DNA from: Candidatus Bathyarchaeota archaeon
GTDB lineage: Archaea > Thermoproteota > Bathyarchaeia > Bathyarchaeales > Bathyarchaeaceae
Length of the DNA: 64,000 nt
NCBI GenBank assembly: GCA_963697165.1
Contig: CAVOMX010000025.1
Span: forward strand, 118,525 to 182,524
Direction of reading: 5' to 3'
Shown here: piece by piece, positions 63,846 through 64,000 of the stretch
How positions within the stretch are numbered: the first letter of the stretch is position 1
Layout of the letters: each line of letters starts with the position of its first letter
Notes under the pieces: generated by a model
Seen by the model: the letters and a program-made list of their open reading frames with translations, nothing else
What the model was told of the DNA's origin: nothing
Databases searched by the model: none
Made by a program: the position numbers and the translations under genes

Positions 63846-63973
63846 TTAAGAAAATCTATAGCCACAGTCTCTACAGTAATATCGTTGTACTTCTCCAAAA
63901 CGAGTATATCGATTCGATCCTTCCAGTGATTTCTGCTTCCACATTCAGGACATATGATTATTGTTTCATTCAT
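63846..63973 (-). pseudogene. Isolated integrase-type Zn ribbon, frameshifted
   Basis: CPECGSRNHWKD, then in a shifted frame RYTRFGEVQRYYCRDCGYRFS*, like the N-terminus of the integrase at 38748. Confidence 0.65.
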
Positions 63974-64000
63974 TTACCTTACCTCCATTTTATTTTCCAA

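Overview
Archaeal chromosomal window. Gene content (PolB1, PAC4-like and OSTC-like proteins, AglB, CarS, Spt5) suggests the TACK group, probably Bathyarchaeia; this is an inference. 1-37500 is mostly housekeeping: rpl1/rpl11/spt5/secE, PolB1, sulfide-dependent homocysteine synthesis, argGH-carAB, tRNA-Pro, Clp1, radB, carS, topoisomerase IA, aglB, and PAC2-nop10-eIF2a-rps27e-rpl44e. The standout is a ~2.15 kb AT-rich stretch (about 29940-32100) with no convincing gene. It is tiled almost end to end by abutting helices, pseudoknots and loop-loop pairings, and most G.U wobbles favour the + strand, so it is a candidate very large structured ncRNA. 37564-44725 is an integrative element: tyrosine integrase, AbrB-like domains, AAA+ helicase-like gene, 10-bp phased repeats, and an exonuclease-less PolB1 paralog, ending in a tRNA-Gln 3' half. 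44750-64000 is an accessory region whose gene modules are separated by two repeat families. It includes a rearranged but complete A/V-type ATPase gene set bracketed by direct repeats. Many genes carry single-base frameshifts, most likely sequencing errors.
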